A DNA stretch of 63,919 bases, filler included, from Vicugna vicugna (GCA_013265495.1; 79 parts of 76 records of this genome joined end to end with filler, not necessarily neighbours in it); one strand, 5' to 3'; shown: positions 12,140-25,627, counted from the first letter of the whole stretch. Numbers and translations: made by a program. The notes: generated from the sequence alone by a model not told the origin.

Positions 12140-12646
12140 GCGATGGTGGGGGATGGGCTCTAAAGCCAATTATTAGCGAATGCATCTCTGTGGGTATTGA
12201 AGGGTTTGAAACTACTTCCCCAAACTTGGAACACCTGTGCCCCCATACAGATGCGTGGACTCTGTTTCCCCACCTCCAGCACACACACTGAGACGTGCTC
12301 AGGTATCCTGATTGTGGGGAGTCTCCTCCAAATGCCAGCNNNNNNNNNNNNNNNNNNNNNNNNNNNNNNNNNNNNNNNNNNNNNNNNNNNNNNNNNNNNN
12401 NNNNNNNNNNNNNNNNNNNNNNNNTAAACCAAGTATTAGCGAGAGCCTATCGATGGGATGTGGCTGTTTCACCTAAAACCCACAATCATGGAATAACTGT
12501 GCCCCCTGAAAGATGCTTTGACTCTGTTTCCCTACATCCAGCTCACACACGAAGAAGTGTTCTGGTATTCTGAGAGTAGGGAGGCTCCACAAACAGATAG
12601 AAGCACCTGGGTTCTAATAGAATCCCTTAGCTTGACTTCCCTTAGT
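12140..12646 (-). repeat. Sat-C satellite (diverged Sat-A relative; strand given relative to Sat-A)
   Basis: CCAA(G/T)TATTAGCGA, CAGCACACACAC and GGTATCCTGA.TGTGGGGAG motifs in tandem. Confidence 0.88.
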
Positions 12647-12987
12647 NNNNNNNNNNNNNNNNNNNNNNNNNNNNNNNNNNNNNNNNNNNNTTAATTAATT
12701 AANNNNNNNNNNNNNNNNNNNNNNNNNNNNNNNNNNNNNNNNNNNNATAGAAGGTTTCAACAGGAAGTTAATTAACTGAGTTAATTAACATCTAATAAAT
12801 ATGATACTTTAGTTGAAAAGATAGTTTAGGCACATTATAAGCTGTAAAGGATTTAAAAATGGTTTCATTACTGAAATTTCATTAGGGAAGATACACAGTT
12901 TATCTTATTTGTGCCTCTTTTTACAGTAAAAAGGAAACAGGACAGAAAAGGCAAAAGATGCTTTCTGTTCTTCCTGTCTTTTTGCAG

Positions 12988-13082
12988 GCGCCCTCACCTC
13001 CAGTGGCATTAATCCAGACACCAGCACTGACACTGGCCATGCTCAGAACTGCCTCAGCCCTGAAGACACAACTGACAAATAG
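12988..13082 (+). CDS. Putative terminal coding exon of an unidentified gene
   Basis: Strong acceptor ctttctgttcttcctgtctttttgcag (AG 12986-12987); phase-1 frame (G)[30 protein letters not shown] ends at TAG 13080-13082. Protein not recognised. Confidence 0.25.
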
Positions 13083-14101
13083 AAGGGGGCCACGCCCTGT
13101 TACAGCAGGTGCTCTCACTTTGTGGGTCCTTATGTAACTATGCGGTGTTAGTCAGGATCGCCCGTTCTACATTGTGTGGCGCTGCAGCCTTGTCTCCTAG
13201 TTACTTGTTTCCATAAGTACACGTGTGTTATTCTCCAATGTGCTGTACTACACATCTAAATATGCTTTTTTAAGATGAAAAATAATGTGTATTTAATATA
13301 ATAAGTCTGAAAACNNNNNNNNNNNNNNNNNNNNNNNNNNNNNNNNNNNNNNNNNNNNNNNNNNNNNNNNNNNNNNNNNNNNNNNNNNNNNNNNNNNNNN
13401 NNNNNNNNNNNNNNNNNNNNNNNNNNNNNNNNNNNNNNNNNNNNNNNNNNNNNNNNNNNNNNNNNNNNNNNNNNNNNNNNNNNNNNNNNNNNNNNNNNNN
13501 NNNNNNNNNNNNNNNNNNNNNNNNNNNNNNNNNNNNNNNNNNNNNNNNCATAACATTCTGTCTTGTGGAGGCATCGTCCATTTTACTTCGGACTTAAANN
13601 NNNNNNNNNNNNNNNNNNNNNNNNNNNNNNNNNNNNNNNNNNTTAATTAATTAANNNNNNNNNNNNNNNNNNNNNNNNNNNNNNNNNNNNNNNNNNNNTC
13701 GAATTGACATTGTTGTATCATGCCAGAGAATCTGCTATTGAAGGCCGATTTTAATTTATTTGATATAAGTGGAAAATTGTGTCGGAACAGCATGGGAAAT
13801 GAAACACACTGCATCTATCTGTACTCCTGAAGTGTGTCTGAGAGATGCTCAGATTTGAGGAAATGTATCTTGTCTGGAGACAATAGAATTTTTTCATTGT
13901 TGGAATTCTTGTAGCTTCCAGAAGCACATCTGCAGGTGATTCTGTAAAAGTCTAGAGTTGACTTAAATAGCAGGAAATTTTAGCCTATTGAAAACCAGAA
14001 ATATTTTTGCCCACCAGCACCACCACCACCACCGCCAGCACCGGGCAAGCACGTGTACACCCAGAGAGATTTCACATCAGAGGGAATGACAACGCTGGTT
14101 C

Positions 14102-14390
14102 TGTTACCGAGGCCAACCTTGTTCTTGCTGCACAACTGTGAAAACAAATAAATCAGGGGTCAAGGTTTTGGGGCAAGGAATAGTAACTTTATTCAGAAAG
14201 CTGGCAGACCAAGATGAGGGACAGATGTCCTGGAGAATCATCTTGCCCGAGTCAGAATTCAGGCTCCTTTTAAACTAGTAAGGGGAGGGGTGTGGCTGGT
14301 TGTGCAAACTTCTTGCTGCAGGCGTTCCTTGTTCCTGCAGCCATTCATGTGTGTCAGGCTGTGGTGTCCCTGTAAACCTCCAACAAAACA
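14102..14390 (-). mobile_element. ERV1-type LTR fragment (R-U5 end)
   Basis: Minus strand ends ...GGTAACA at 14102 with AATAAA at 14193-14188; TTGGGGCAAGGAATAG..ACTTTATTC.GAAAG resembles an artiodactyl LTR family (from memory). Confidence 0.65.
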
Positions 14391-14490
14391 NNNNNNNNNN
14401 NNNNNNNNNNNNNNNNNNNNNNNNNNNNNNNNNNTTAATTAATTAANNNNNNNNNNNNNNNNNNNNNNNNNNNNNNNNNNNNNNNNNNNN

Positions 14491-15624
14491 GCAGGATATC
14501 CAGTGACAGAGGCTGCCTCTCCAAGTTCAGGGAAGATTTTTTTCGGAATTCCGGAACAGGGAACACCTGTGACTGAAGAGAGCTGCGTGGATTTGTCTCT
14601 CGAGCTCCCCCACGCACTGACAATGTTTCCGGAATCCTGAGCGTGGGGAGGTTCCACCAACGGTCGTCAGCGCATGGGTTCTAACGGAAAGCCTAAGCTC
14701 GACTCCCCTGAGGGTTTTCCTAATGTCTCTGTGCCAGGGAATGCTAGGGGGGTTTGCAGGATATCCCAGTGACAGAGGCTGCCTCCCCAANNNNNNNNNN
14801 NNNNNNNNNNNNNNNNNNNNCCGAACAGGGCTGTGAATGAAGAGAGCTGCGTGGAGTTGTCTCTCGAGCTCCCCCACGCACTGACAATGGTTCCGGATTC
14901 CCGAGCGTGGGGAGGTTACACCAACGGTCGGCAGCGCCTGGGTTCTAACAGAATCCTTAAGCTCGTCTCCCCTGAGGCTTTTCCTAATGTCTCTGTTCCA
15001 GGGAATGCTAGGGGGGTTTGCAGGATATCCCAGTGACAGAGGCTGCATCCCCAAGGTCAGGGAAGGTATTTCTCGGACTTCCCCAAACAGGGAACACCTG
15101 TGAATGAAGAGAGNNNNNNNNNNNNNNNNNNNNNNNNNNNNNNNNNNNNNNNNNNNNNNNNNNNNNNNNNNNNNNNNNNNNNNNNNNNNNNNNNNNNNNN
15201 NNNNNNNNNNNNNNNNNNNNNNNNNNNNNNNNNNNNNNNNNNNNNNNNNNNNNNNNNNNNNNNNNNNNNNNNNNNNNNNNNNNNNNNNNNNNNNNNNNNN
15301 NNNNNNNNNNNNNNNNNNNNNNNNNNNNNNNNNNNNNNNNNNNNNNNNNNNNNNNNNNNNNNNNNNNNNNNNNNNNNNNNNNNNNNNNNNNNNNNNNNNN
15401 NNNNNNAATGGTTCCGGAATCCTGAGAGTGGGGAGGTTCCACCAACTGTCGGCAGCGCTTGGGTTCTAACGGAAAGCCTAAGCTCGTCTCCCCTGAGGGT
15501 TTTCCTAATTTCTCTGTGCCAGGGAATGCTAGGGGGGTTTGCAGGATATCCCTGTGACAGAGGTGGCCTCCCCAAGGTGAGGGAAGGTATTTCTCGGAGT
15601 TCCCTGAACAGGGAACACCTGTGA
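14491..15624 (-). repeat. Sat-A satellite (gapped)
   Basis: Reverse-complement Sat-A signature; GACAGAGGCT at 14505, 14771 and 15035. Confidence 0.95.
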
Positions 15625-16926
15625 NNNNNNNNNNNNNNNNNNNNNNNNNNNNNNNNNNNNNNNNNNNNTTAATTAATTAANNNNNNNNNNNNNNNNNNNN
15701 NNNNNNNNNNNNNNNNNNNNNNNNCTGAAATCGATAGGAATTGAATAGTTAGCTCACACTTAGAAACGATGGCCTTCTGCTAGATACAGCAAATATTGTG
15801 TTTATGTCTTCCCTGGGGTGAAGGGAGTGTGGTAAGTGAGGGGAATCTTTGACTGAACTTGAATCTGTATAAGGCCTCAGTTTTTCAAGACAGTATAGGT
15901 AAATANNNNNNNNNNNNNNNNNNNNNNNNNNNNNNNNNNNNNNNNNNNNNNNNNNNNNNNNNNNNNNNNNNNNNNNNNNNNNNNNNNNNNNNNNNNNNNN
16001 NNNNNNNNNNNNNNNNNNNNNNNNNNNNNNNNNNNNNNNNNNNNNNNNNNNNNNNNNNNNNNNNNNNNNNNNNNNNNNNNNNNNNNNNNNNNNNNNNNNN
16101 NNNNNNNNNNNNNNNNNNNNNNNNNNNNNNNNNNNNNNNNNNNNNNNNNNNNNNNNNNNNNNNNNNNNNNNNNNNNNNNNNNNNNNNNNNNNNNNNNNNN
16201 NNNNNNNNNNNNNNNNNNNNNNNNNNNNNNNNNNNNNNNNNNNNNNNNNNNNNNNNNNNNNNNNNNNNNNNNNNNNNNNNNNNNNNNNNNNNNNNNNNNN
16301 NNNNNNNNNNNNNNNNNNNNNNNNNNNNNNNNNNNNNNNNNNNNNNNNNNNNNNNNNNNNNNNNNNNNNNNNNNNNNNNNNNNNNNNNNNNNNNNNNNNN
16401 NNNNNNNNNNNNNNNNNNNNNNNNNNNNNNNNNNNNNNNNNNNNNNNNNNNNNNNNNNNNNNNNNNNNNNNNNNNNNNNNNNNNNNNGTGTGTTTCAAAA
16501 AATAACTTCATTTTCGTATAACTCCCAAAACATGTAAATGAATTCTGTTAAAATTCTTAAAGACTGCAAATGAGATATCAACACAATGTCAAAATAGTTG
16601 TCTTCGGACAATCCCTCCCACCACGGCTGTATAGAAACAAAGAGCTAAGCAAATATCACATTTCTGTGGAATGTATCTGGATAGTGATGATTCATAGATG
16701 CCCAGTTGGCAGAGAAGAAGTGCAACATGCACTCATTCACTACCATGTACGGAGGAATGGTAACAACAACTCACCCAGCATTTGGCACAGGATACTTGCC
16801 GAAGAGAGGTCTGTTATTTCCAAAGANNNNNNNNNNNNNNNNNNNNNNNNNNNNNNNNNNNNNNNNNNNNTTAATTAATTAANNNNNNNNNNNNNNNNNN
16901 NNNNNNNNNNNNNNNNNNNNNNNNNN

Positions 16927-17123
16927 GTTTCTTTTCAGTTGCCAACTCCCCTCCATACATATATAGGGGAAATACAAGCTGCAACCCGGTTTTACAGTGA
17001 AAACAGCAGGGACTTCAAACCGGCACTAGGAAACAGACTGAGAAACCAGAGTAAGGGTTTCTCCTGCAACCCGTTCCCTTTGTGCTGGATGAACGAACGT
17101 CTCTCCACATGCTCAGTTCTGAG
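16927..17123 (+). repeat. Sat-D ~247-bp satellite fragment
   Basis: CCGGCACTAGGAAACAGACTGAGAAACCAGAGT, reverse complement of the 31766-32557 unit. Confidence 0.88.
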
Positions 17124-17223
17124 NNNNNNNNNNNNNNNNNNNNNNNNNNNNNNNNNNNNNNNNNNNNTTAATTAATTAANNNNNNNNNNNNNNNNNNNNN
17201 NNNNNNNNNNNNNNNNNNNNNNN

Positions 17224-17470
17224 CTGTTCCTCCTGCAACCAGTTCCCTTTGTGCTGGATGAACGAACGTCTCTCCACATGCTCAGTTCTGAGAGATAAGT
17301 GTGTGTGAAAGCCGTCCTTCACCTAGCTTGAAGGGAACACAGAGTTTCTTTTCACTTGCAAACCCCACTCCATACATATCTATGGGGAGGTTCAAGCTTC
17401 AACCCGGCTTTACAGTGAAAAAGGTAGGGACTTAAAACCGGCACTAGGAAACAGACTGAGAAACCAGAGT
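17224..17470 (+). repeat. Sat-D satellite fragment
   Basis: Same signature as 16927-17123. Confidence 0.88.
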
Positions 17471-17570
17471 NNNNNNNNNNNNNNNNNNNNNNNNNNNNNN
17501 NNNNNNNNNNNNNNTTAATTAATTAANNNNNNNNNNNNNNNNNNNNNNNNNNNNNNNNNNNNNNNNNNNN

Positions 17571-18301
17571 CATCTGGTCCTGGACTTTTATTTGTAGGGA
17601 GGTTTTTAATTGCTAATTCGATTTCATTGCTACTGATCGCTTTGTTCAAGTGGTCAGTTTCTTCTTGATTCAGTCTTGGTGGACTGTGTGTTTCCAGAAA
17701 CTTGTCCATCTCCTCTAGGTTATCCATTTTGGTTCCATATATTTTTTTCATAATATTCTTGTATGATATTCTGTATTTCTATATTATTTGTTGTAATTTC
17801 TCCATTTTCCTTTCTTATTTTGCTAATTTGTGCTCTCTCTTTTTTCTTCTTTGTGAATTTGGCCAGAGGCTTGTTGATTTTATTTACTCTTCCAAAAAAA
17901 CTGCTTTTGGTTGATTGATTTTTTGCCATTGTGTTTTTAATCTCTATTTTATTTATTTCCTCCCTGATTTTTATTATTTCCTTCCTTCTGCTGACTTTTG
18001 GGGGTTTTTGCTCTTCATTTTCTAATTGTTTTAGCTGCTGGGTTAGATTGTTTATTTGAGATTGTTCTTCTTTTTTGAGGAAGGCCTGTATCGCTATAAA
18101 CTTCCCTCTTAGCCCTGCCTTTGCTGCGTCCCATAAATTTTGTGTGGTTGTGTTTTCATTTTCATTTGTCTCAAGATATTTTTTAATTTCAACTTTGATT
18201 TCATCATTGACCCATTGGTTTTTTAATAGCATGTTATTTAATCTCCATGCTTTCCTTTTTTTCTCCTTTGTTTCTCTGTAGTTGATTTCTAGTTTCATGG
18301 C
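17571..18301 (-). mobile_element. LINE-1 ORF2 fragment (post-endonuclease to Z region), frameshifted
   Basis: [36 protein letters not shown] and NLEEMDKFLE..KSPGPD. Confidence 0.96.
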
Positions 18302-18506
18302 AGAAGAATATATTTTCTTAATACTTTTTATCAGTGTGTAAGTATGCTGCAAGATACTCTTAAATGGCAAAATATTATTTGTGGAAAAACAAACAGGCTA
18401 CAAACANNNNNNNNNNNNNNNNNNNNNNNNNNNNNNNNNNNNNNNNNNNNTTAATTAATTAANNNNNNNNNNNNNNNNNNNNNNNNNNNNNNNNNNNNNN
18501 NNNNNN

Positions 18507-19169
18507 AAGAGAGCTGCGTGGAGTTTTCCCTCGAGCTCCCCCACGCACTGATAATGGATCTGGAATCCGAGAGTGGGGAGGATCCACCAAAGGTCGGCAG
18601 CGCGTGGGTTCTAACGGAATGCCTAAGCTCATGTCCCCTGAGGGTTTTCCTAGTGTCTCTGTGCCAGGGAATGCTAGGGGTGATTGCAGGATATCCCAGT
18701 GACCCAAGTTCAGGGAAGGTATTTCTCGGACTTCCCCGAAGAGGGAAAACCTGTGAATGAAGAGAGCTGCATGGAGTTGTCTCTCGAGCTCCCCCACGCA
18801 CTGACAATCTTTCCGGAATCCTGAGAGTGGGGAGGTTCCACCAACGTTCGGCAGCGTGCGGGTTCAAACTGAATGCCTAAGCTCGTCTCCCCTGAGGTTT
18901 TTCCTATTGTCTCTGTGCCAGGGAATGCTAGGGGTGATTGCAGGATATCCCAGTGACCGTGGCTGCATCCCCAAGGTCAGGGAAGGTATTTCTCGGACTT
19001 CCCGGAACAGGGATCACCTGTGACTGAAGGGAGCGGCGTGGAGTTTTCTCTCGATATCCCCCATCACTGACAATGGTTCCGGAATCCGTGCGTGGGGAGG
19101 ATCCACCAAAGGTCGACAGCGCGAGGGTTCTAACGGAATACCTAAGCTGGTATCCCCTGAGGGTTTTCC
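18507..19169 (-). repeat. Sat-A satellite
   Basis: About 2.5 reverse-complement monomers. Confidence 0.95.
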
Positions 19170-19269
19170 NNNNNNNNNNNNNNNNNNNNNNNNNNNNNNN
19201 NNNNNNNNNNNNNTTAATTAATTAANNNNNNNNNNNNNNNNNNNNNNNNNNNNNNNNNNNNNNNNNNNN

Positions 19270-19450
19270 TGCCTGTGCTCGATTCCCCTGAGAGTTTTCC
19301 TCATGTCTCTGTGCTGGGAATGCTAGCGTGGGATGCAGGAATTCCCAGTGACAGAGGCTGCCTACCCAATATCACGGAAGTTATTTCTCGGACTTCCCCG
19401 AGCAGGGAACACCTGTGACTGAAGAGAGCTGCGTGGAGTTTTCTCTCGAG
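19270..19450 (-). repeat. Sat-A satellite fragment
   Basis: GGAACACCTGTGACTGAAGAGAGCTGCGTGGAG signature. Confidence 0.93.
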
Positions 19451-20790
19451 NNNNNNNNNNNNNNNNNNNNNNNNNNNNNNNNNNNNNNNNNNNNTTAATT
19501 AATTAANNNNNNNNNNNNNNNNNNNNNNNNNNNNNNNNNNNNNNNNNNNNGCCTTGAAAAATCTGAGGCACTTGTATCTGATCAGAAAAGCAATTTTGAG
19601 TAATACTAGGTTACAATTCAGTGCTAGTTTGCTTTAGAAGAAAAGAGAAATGAAAAGCTACTGTTTCTCATATCCTGCACAAAGTGTGTAGTGCCTCCTT
19701 GCCTCTTTCTCCTCCCATTTTCTAAGNNNNNNNNNNNNNNNNNNNNNNNNNNNNNNNNNNNNNNNNNNNNNNNNNNNNNNNNNNNNNNNNNNNNNNNNNN
19801 NNNNNNNNNNNNNNNNNNNNNNNNNNNNNNNNNNNNNNNNNNNNNNNNNNNNNNNNNNNNNNNNNNNNNNNNNNNNNNNNNNNNNNNNNNNNNNNNNNNN
19901 NNNNNNNNNNNNNNNNNNNNNNNNNNNNNNNNNNNNNNNNNNNNNNNNNNNNNNNNNNNNNNNNNNNNNNNNNNNNNNNNNNNNNNNNNNNNNNNNNNNN
20001 NNNNNNNNNNNNNNNNNNNNNNNNNNNNNNNNNNNNNNNNNNNNNNNNNNNNNNNNNNNNNNNNNNNNNNNNNNNNNNNNNNNNNNNNNNNNNNNNNNNN
20101 NNNNNNNNNNNNNNNNNNNNNNNNNNNNNNNNNNNNNNNNNNNNNNNNNNNNNNNNNNNNNNNNNNNNNNNNNNNNNNNNNNNNNNNNNNNNNNNNNNNN
20201 NNNNNNNNNNNNNNNNNNNNNNNNNNNNNNNNNNNNNNNNNNNNNNNNNNNNNNNNNNNNNNNNNNNNNNNNNNNNNNNNNNNNNNNNNNNNNNNNNNNN
20301 NNNNNNNNNNNNNNNNNNNNNNNNNNNNNNNNNNNNNNNNNNNNNNNNNNNNNNNNNNNNNNNNNNNNNNNNNNNNNNNNNNNNNNNNNNNNNNNNNNNN
20401 NNNNNNNNNNNNNNNNNNNNNNNNNNNNNNNNNNNNNNNNNNNNNNNNNNNNNNNNNNNNNNNNNNNNNNNNNNNNNNNNNNNNNNTACAATAAAAAAAC
20501 AAGTGTTTCTATCAAATATTGAATATATGCCAATCACAGAGACAACCACAAGTCACACCTGACAACCATCACGTGTGATTCTCAGCAACCCTACTAAGTA
20601 GACACGGAAGAGGAACCCGGCACTGCGGATGAGGAGACGGAGCTTGGAGGAGCCGGGTACGCTGACCGTCCTGCTCCCCGTGACACCACGNNNNNNNNNN
20701 NNNNNNNNNNNNNNNNNNNNNNNNNNNNNNNNNNTTAATTAATTAANNNNNNNNNNNNNNNNNNNNNNNNNNNNNNNNNNNNNNNNNNNN

Positions 20791-21522
20791 AGGGTTCCCT
20801 TTTCTCCACAGCCTCTCCAGCCTTTATCATTTGTGAACTTTTGAATGATGGCCGTTCTGAATGGTGTGAGGTGATACTTCATTGTAGTTTTGATTTGTAT
20901 TTCTCTGCTAATTAGCAATATTGGATATCTTTTCATGTGCCTATTGGCCATTTTATGTCTTCTTTGGAGAATTGCTTGTTTAGGTCTTCTGTCCATTTTT
21001 GAACTGGGTTGTTTGATTTTTTTTATTAACTTGTATGAGCTGTTTATATATTCTGGAAATTAAACCTTTGTCAGTCACATCGTTTACAAGTATTTTCTCC
21101 CATTCCATAAGCTGTTTTTTGTTTTGCTTATGGTTTCCTTTGCTGTGCAAAAGCTTATAAATTTAATTAGGTCCCATTTGTTTATTTTTGCTTTTATTTC
21201 TATTGCCTGGGTAGACTGCCCTAGGAGATCATTGCTAAGATGTATGTCAGAAAATGCTTTGCTATGTTTTCTTCTAGTAGGTTTATAGTGTCTTGTCTTA
21301 CATTTAAGTCTTTAAGACATTTTGAGTGTATTTTGTGTATGGTGTGAAGGAGTCTTCTAACTTCATTGATTTACATGCTGCTGTCTAGTTTTCCCAACAC
21401 CATTTGCTGAAGAGACTGAGTCTTTTCTCTGTATTCTTGGCTCCTTTGCTGAAGATTAATTGACCATAGGTCTCTGAGTTTATTTCTAGGCTCTCTATTC
21501 TCTTCCATTGATCCATGTCTGT
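20791..21522 (-). mobile_element. LINE-1 ORF2 C-terminal fragment
   Basis: HMKR...LI.REIQIKTTMKYHLTP.R.AII and GCGEKG motifs of the L1 ORF2 C-terminus. Confidence 0.94.
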
Positions 21523-23880
21523 NNNNNNNNNNNNNNNNNNNNNNNNNNNNNNNNNNNNNNNNNNNNTTAATTAATTAANNNNNNNNNNNNNNNNNNNNNN
21601 NNNNNNNNNNNNNNNNNNNNNNAGTTGGGTATCTTGGTGGAGGGAGGTGTTAGTCTGTTGCAATTATTCAGGAGAGGAGATTAAGAAACAGTGAAGGGTG
21701 GGAGAACTTTTTAGCTGAGGACAGTCTTGTTCACTTGGCTTTTAATTGCAGGCTCAATGAGCTGTCCCTGGAGGGAATAGATCTTACGGAGGATGAACGT
21801 AGCTCAGGCCTCATTGGAATGGACAAATGAACCTGGAGAAAGACAGTCAAATCTGTGCAGACATTAAAGTTCACTTGAACGTGCTGCATCACTGAGCCAA
21901 AATAGGACAAATATGCAGCAGTTCTTGAAGACAGAAAAGTGGTTTTTAAGGTTCTCCAAGAATGAATCCCAGGCAACCGAGATGGCCAGTTGTCAAACTG
22001 AGACTTTGCACTTTGGACGGTGTACCCATCAAGGGTATTGTCCTTTTATATGTTTCCATTTGTCTTTAATACATGTCTGTTGATGAGGACGTGGGCACAA
22101 ATGTTTGACACCTTGTCGAGGCGATTTTGGATACCTGCCTAGAAGCACGGGCACAGTTGCGGCTGCGTCATACATCTTGCAGCCCATCCCTTTCCTCGGC
22201 TCCTTGATCACGGCAGAGTGGTTCCTTGTTGACCTACGTTTCCTCTGTGACATCATAACACATGAAAAGACCGGAGCATATTAACTTGGCTTTGTTAAAG
22301 TCAAAGGAACAGATCAACTATGGAGTCAGATTTGTTCTTATCTATTTCAGTAGTGCCATGGAGAAGGCAGTTTGGTCAGCTTTTTGNNNNNNNNNNNNNN
22401 NNNNNNNNNNNNNNNNNNNNNNNNNNNNNNTTAATTAATTAANNNNNNNNNNNNNNNNNNNNNNNNNNNNNNNNNNNNNNNNNNNNAGACCCAGGTTTCT
22501 GTGTGGATTAATGTGGTAAATTATGGTCCTGTTGTGCTCTGAGGAGGGAGAGCTGCAGAGGGAATTCTGGGGGAAAACTGATGAGTTCAGCTGTGGGTAA
22601 AGTGAAAGGATGTTAGATGTGTGGTCTGGGAGCTCAGGTGAGAGCCAGTAGTGAGTAGGGGGAGGGGAGAGAGACTTTCAAATCATTTTGTCTTGTCAAC
22701 ATACAAATAAGCATGAGTAATGACACACTTAACACCTCTTTATTTTAGATTAAAACCCAGTAACATTTTGCTGTATTGACTGCAGAGGTTCTTAATTATT
22801 TTTTAATAGAAATAAAATAAATAGAAACAAAATATTGGAGTTAATGAACATCTTAGTGTTGATGTGTGATCTTTAATTTATTTTGATACCTCATCTGTTT
22901 ATAACCATAATCTACAAAANNNNNNNNNNNNNNNNNNNNNNNNNNNNNNNNNNNNNNNNNNNNTTAATTAATTAANNNNNNNNNNNNNNNNNNNNNNNNN
23001 NNNNNNNNNNNNNNNNNNNGCAGTTTCATGGCTGCCTTTAGGTTGGAGAAGCCACAGAAGAGCCTAGGTTAGACCAGGGATGTCTTTGTATGCACTTGAA
23101 AGCCAGCTTTCCTGCCTGTATGGAGAAGCCTGGTGGGCGTGGCAGGTAGATGATCAAGGTCTGATCAAGATTATTGGCTGCACAGAGCACTGTGTCTGTG
23201 AGAACTTGTGACCATTGCCATGGGAAATTGGTGCCAGGAATACTGCAGGGGAGTTGGGGAGCCTGTGTGTTAAGGATTTTCCAGTCCTGGGAGTGGGAAG
23301 TTTAGACTCTGCATTCAGATCTGAGTTTGAATTCATCCTCTTTAGTTTACTGGTCCTCTGACTTTTGTCAAGTTATACATCCTGTTTGAACTCCTGCTTT
23401 CTTGTCTCTCTAAACAGGAGAATTACGGCCTGCTGCTAGAGTGTTTGATAAGGGTAAATGATTTGTGTCTATAAGATNNNNNNNNNNNNNNNNNNNNNNN
23501 NNNCCTCTTCTTCTGCAACTCAGTGCTCGATAAGTCATCAGGGGAAAGCAAGTCCCTAATTTGTATGTGGTGCAAGGAAGAAAAAAACTAACGTCTTGCC
23601 TTTCCCTGGCAGTATTCTTACTTCTTTGCTTCATGTACCTCTTTCCTCCTTTTACTCTCCCCTTTCACCTCCTCCACCAAGAGCCTGAGACTCTCTCAGA
23701 ACACTAGGTTCAAATTACTTTAAATGTTGACTCACCCCCATGAAATGACAGTGACATAAAAAAATCTGTACACATCCCAGNNNNNNNNNNNNNNNNNNNN
23801 NNNNNNNNNNNNNNNNNNNNNNNNTTAATTAATTAANNNNNNNNNNNNNNNNNNNNNNNNNNNNNNNNNNNNNNNNNNNN

Positions 23881-24649
23881 TGGGATATCCTGCCAACCCC
23901 CCTAGCTTTCCCTGGCACAGAGACAAATTTGAAAATCCTCAAGGGAGACGAGCTTAGGCTTTCCGTTTGAACCCACGCGCTGCCGACCGTTGGTGGAACC
24001 TCCCGAAGCTCAGGATTCCGGAACCATTGTCAGTGCGTGGGGGAGCTGGAGAGACAATTCCACGGAGCTCTCTTCAGTCACTGGTGTTCTCTGATCGGGG
24101 AAGTCCGAGAAATACCTTCCCTGACCTTGGGGAGGCAGCCTCTGTCACTGGGATATCCTGCAAACACCCCTAGCATTCCCTGGCACAGAGACATTAGGAA
24201 AACCCTCAGGGGAGACGANNNNNNNNNNNNNNNNNNNNNNNNNNNNNNNNNNNNNNNNNNNNNNNNNNNNNNNNNNNNNNNNNNNNNNNNNNNNNNNNNN
24301 NNNNNNNNNNNNNNNNNNNNNNNNNNNNNNNNNNNNNNNNNNNNNNNNNNNNNNNNNNNNNNNNNNNNNNNNNNNNNNNNNNNNNNNNNNNNNNNNNNNN
24401 NNNNNNNNNNNNNNNNNNNNNNNNNNNNNNNNNNNNNNNNNNNNNNNNNNNNNNNNNNNNNNNNNNNNNNNNNNNNNNNNNNNNNNNNNNNNNNNNNGAA
24501 CCCACGCGCTGACGACCTTTGTTGTAACCTCCCCACTCTCAGGATTCCGGAACCATTGTCAGAGCTTGGGGGAGCTAGAGAGACAACTCCAGGCAGCTCT
24601 CGTTAGTCACAGGTGTTCCCTGTTCGGGGAAAACCGAGAAATACCTTCC
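23881..24649 (+). repeat. Sat-A satellite (gapped)
   Basis: TGGGATATCC at 23881 and 24149. Confidence 0.95.
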
Positions 24650-24749
24650 NNNNNNNNNNNNNNNNNNNNNNNNNNNNNNNNNNNNNNNNNNNNTTAATTA
24701 ATTAANNNNNNNNNNNNNNNNNNNNNNNNNNNNNNNNNNNNNNNNNNNN

Positions 24750-25527
24750 CGGAATCCTTGGCGTGGGGAGGTTCCACCAACGTCGGCAGCGCGTGGGTAC
24801 TTACGGAATGCGTAAACTCGACTCCCCTGAGGGTTTTCCTAATGTCTCTGTGCCAGGGAATGCTAGGGGTGATTGCAGGATATCCCAGTGACCGAGGCTG
24901 CCTCCCCAAGTTAACGGAAGTTATATCCCAGACTTCCACGAAAAGGGATCACCTGTGACTGAAGAGAGCTGCGTGGAGATGTCTCTCGAGCTCCCCCACG
25001 CACTGACAATGGTTCCGGAATCCTGAGCGTGGGGAGGTTCCAACAACGGTCGGCAGCGCGTNNNNNNNNNNNNNNNNNNNNNNNNNNNNNNNNNNNNNNN
25101 NNNNNNNNNNNNNNNNNNNNNNNNNNNNNNNNNNNNNNNNNNNNNNNNNNNNNNNNNNNNNNNNNNNNNNNNNNNNNNNNNNNNNNNNNNNNNNNNNNNN
25201 NNNNNNNNNNNNNNNNNNNNNNNNNNNNNNNNNNNNNNNNNNNNNNNNNNNNNNNNNNNNNNNNNNNNNNNNNNNNNNNNNNNNNNNNNNNNNNNNNNNN
25301 NNNNNNNNNNNNNNNNNNNNNNNNNNNNNNNNNNNNNNNNNNNNNNNNNNNNNNNNNNNNNNNNNNNNNNNNNNNNNNNNNNNNNNNNNNNNNNNNNNNN
25401 NNNNNNNNNNNNNNNNNNNNNNNNNNNNNNNNNNNNNNNNNNNNNNNNNNNNNNNNNNNNNNNNNNNNNNNNCCGAGCAGGAAACTCCTGTGAATGAAAA
25501 GAGCTGCGTGGAGTTGTCTCTCGAGCT
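24750..25527 (-). repeat. Sat-A satellite (gapped)
   Basis: Reverse-complement Sat-A signature. Confidence 0.95.
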
Positions 25528-25627
25528 NNNNNNNNNNNNNNNNNNNNNNNNNNNNNNNNNNNNNNNNNNNNTTAATTAATTAANNNNNNNNNNNNNNNNN
25601 NNNNNNNNNNNNNNNNNNNNNNNNNNN

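Noticed and set aside
19624..20549. Long ORFs spanning N runs (also 15749, 32896, 35248, 60465 and others)
   Set aside because: Their length comes from N gaps translated as X.
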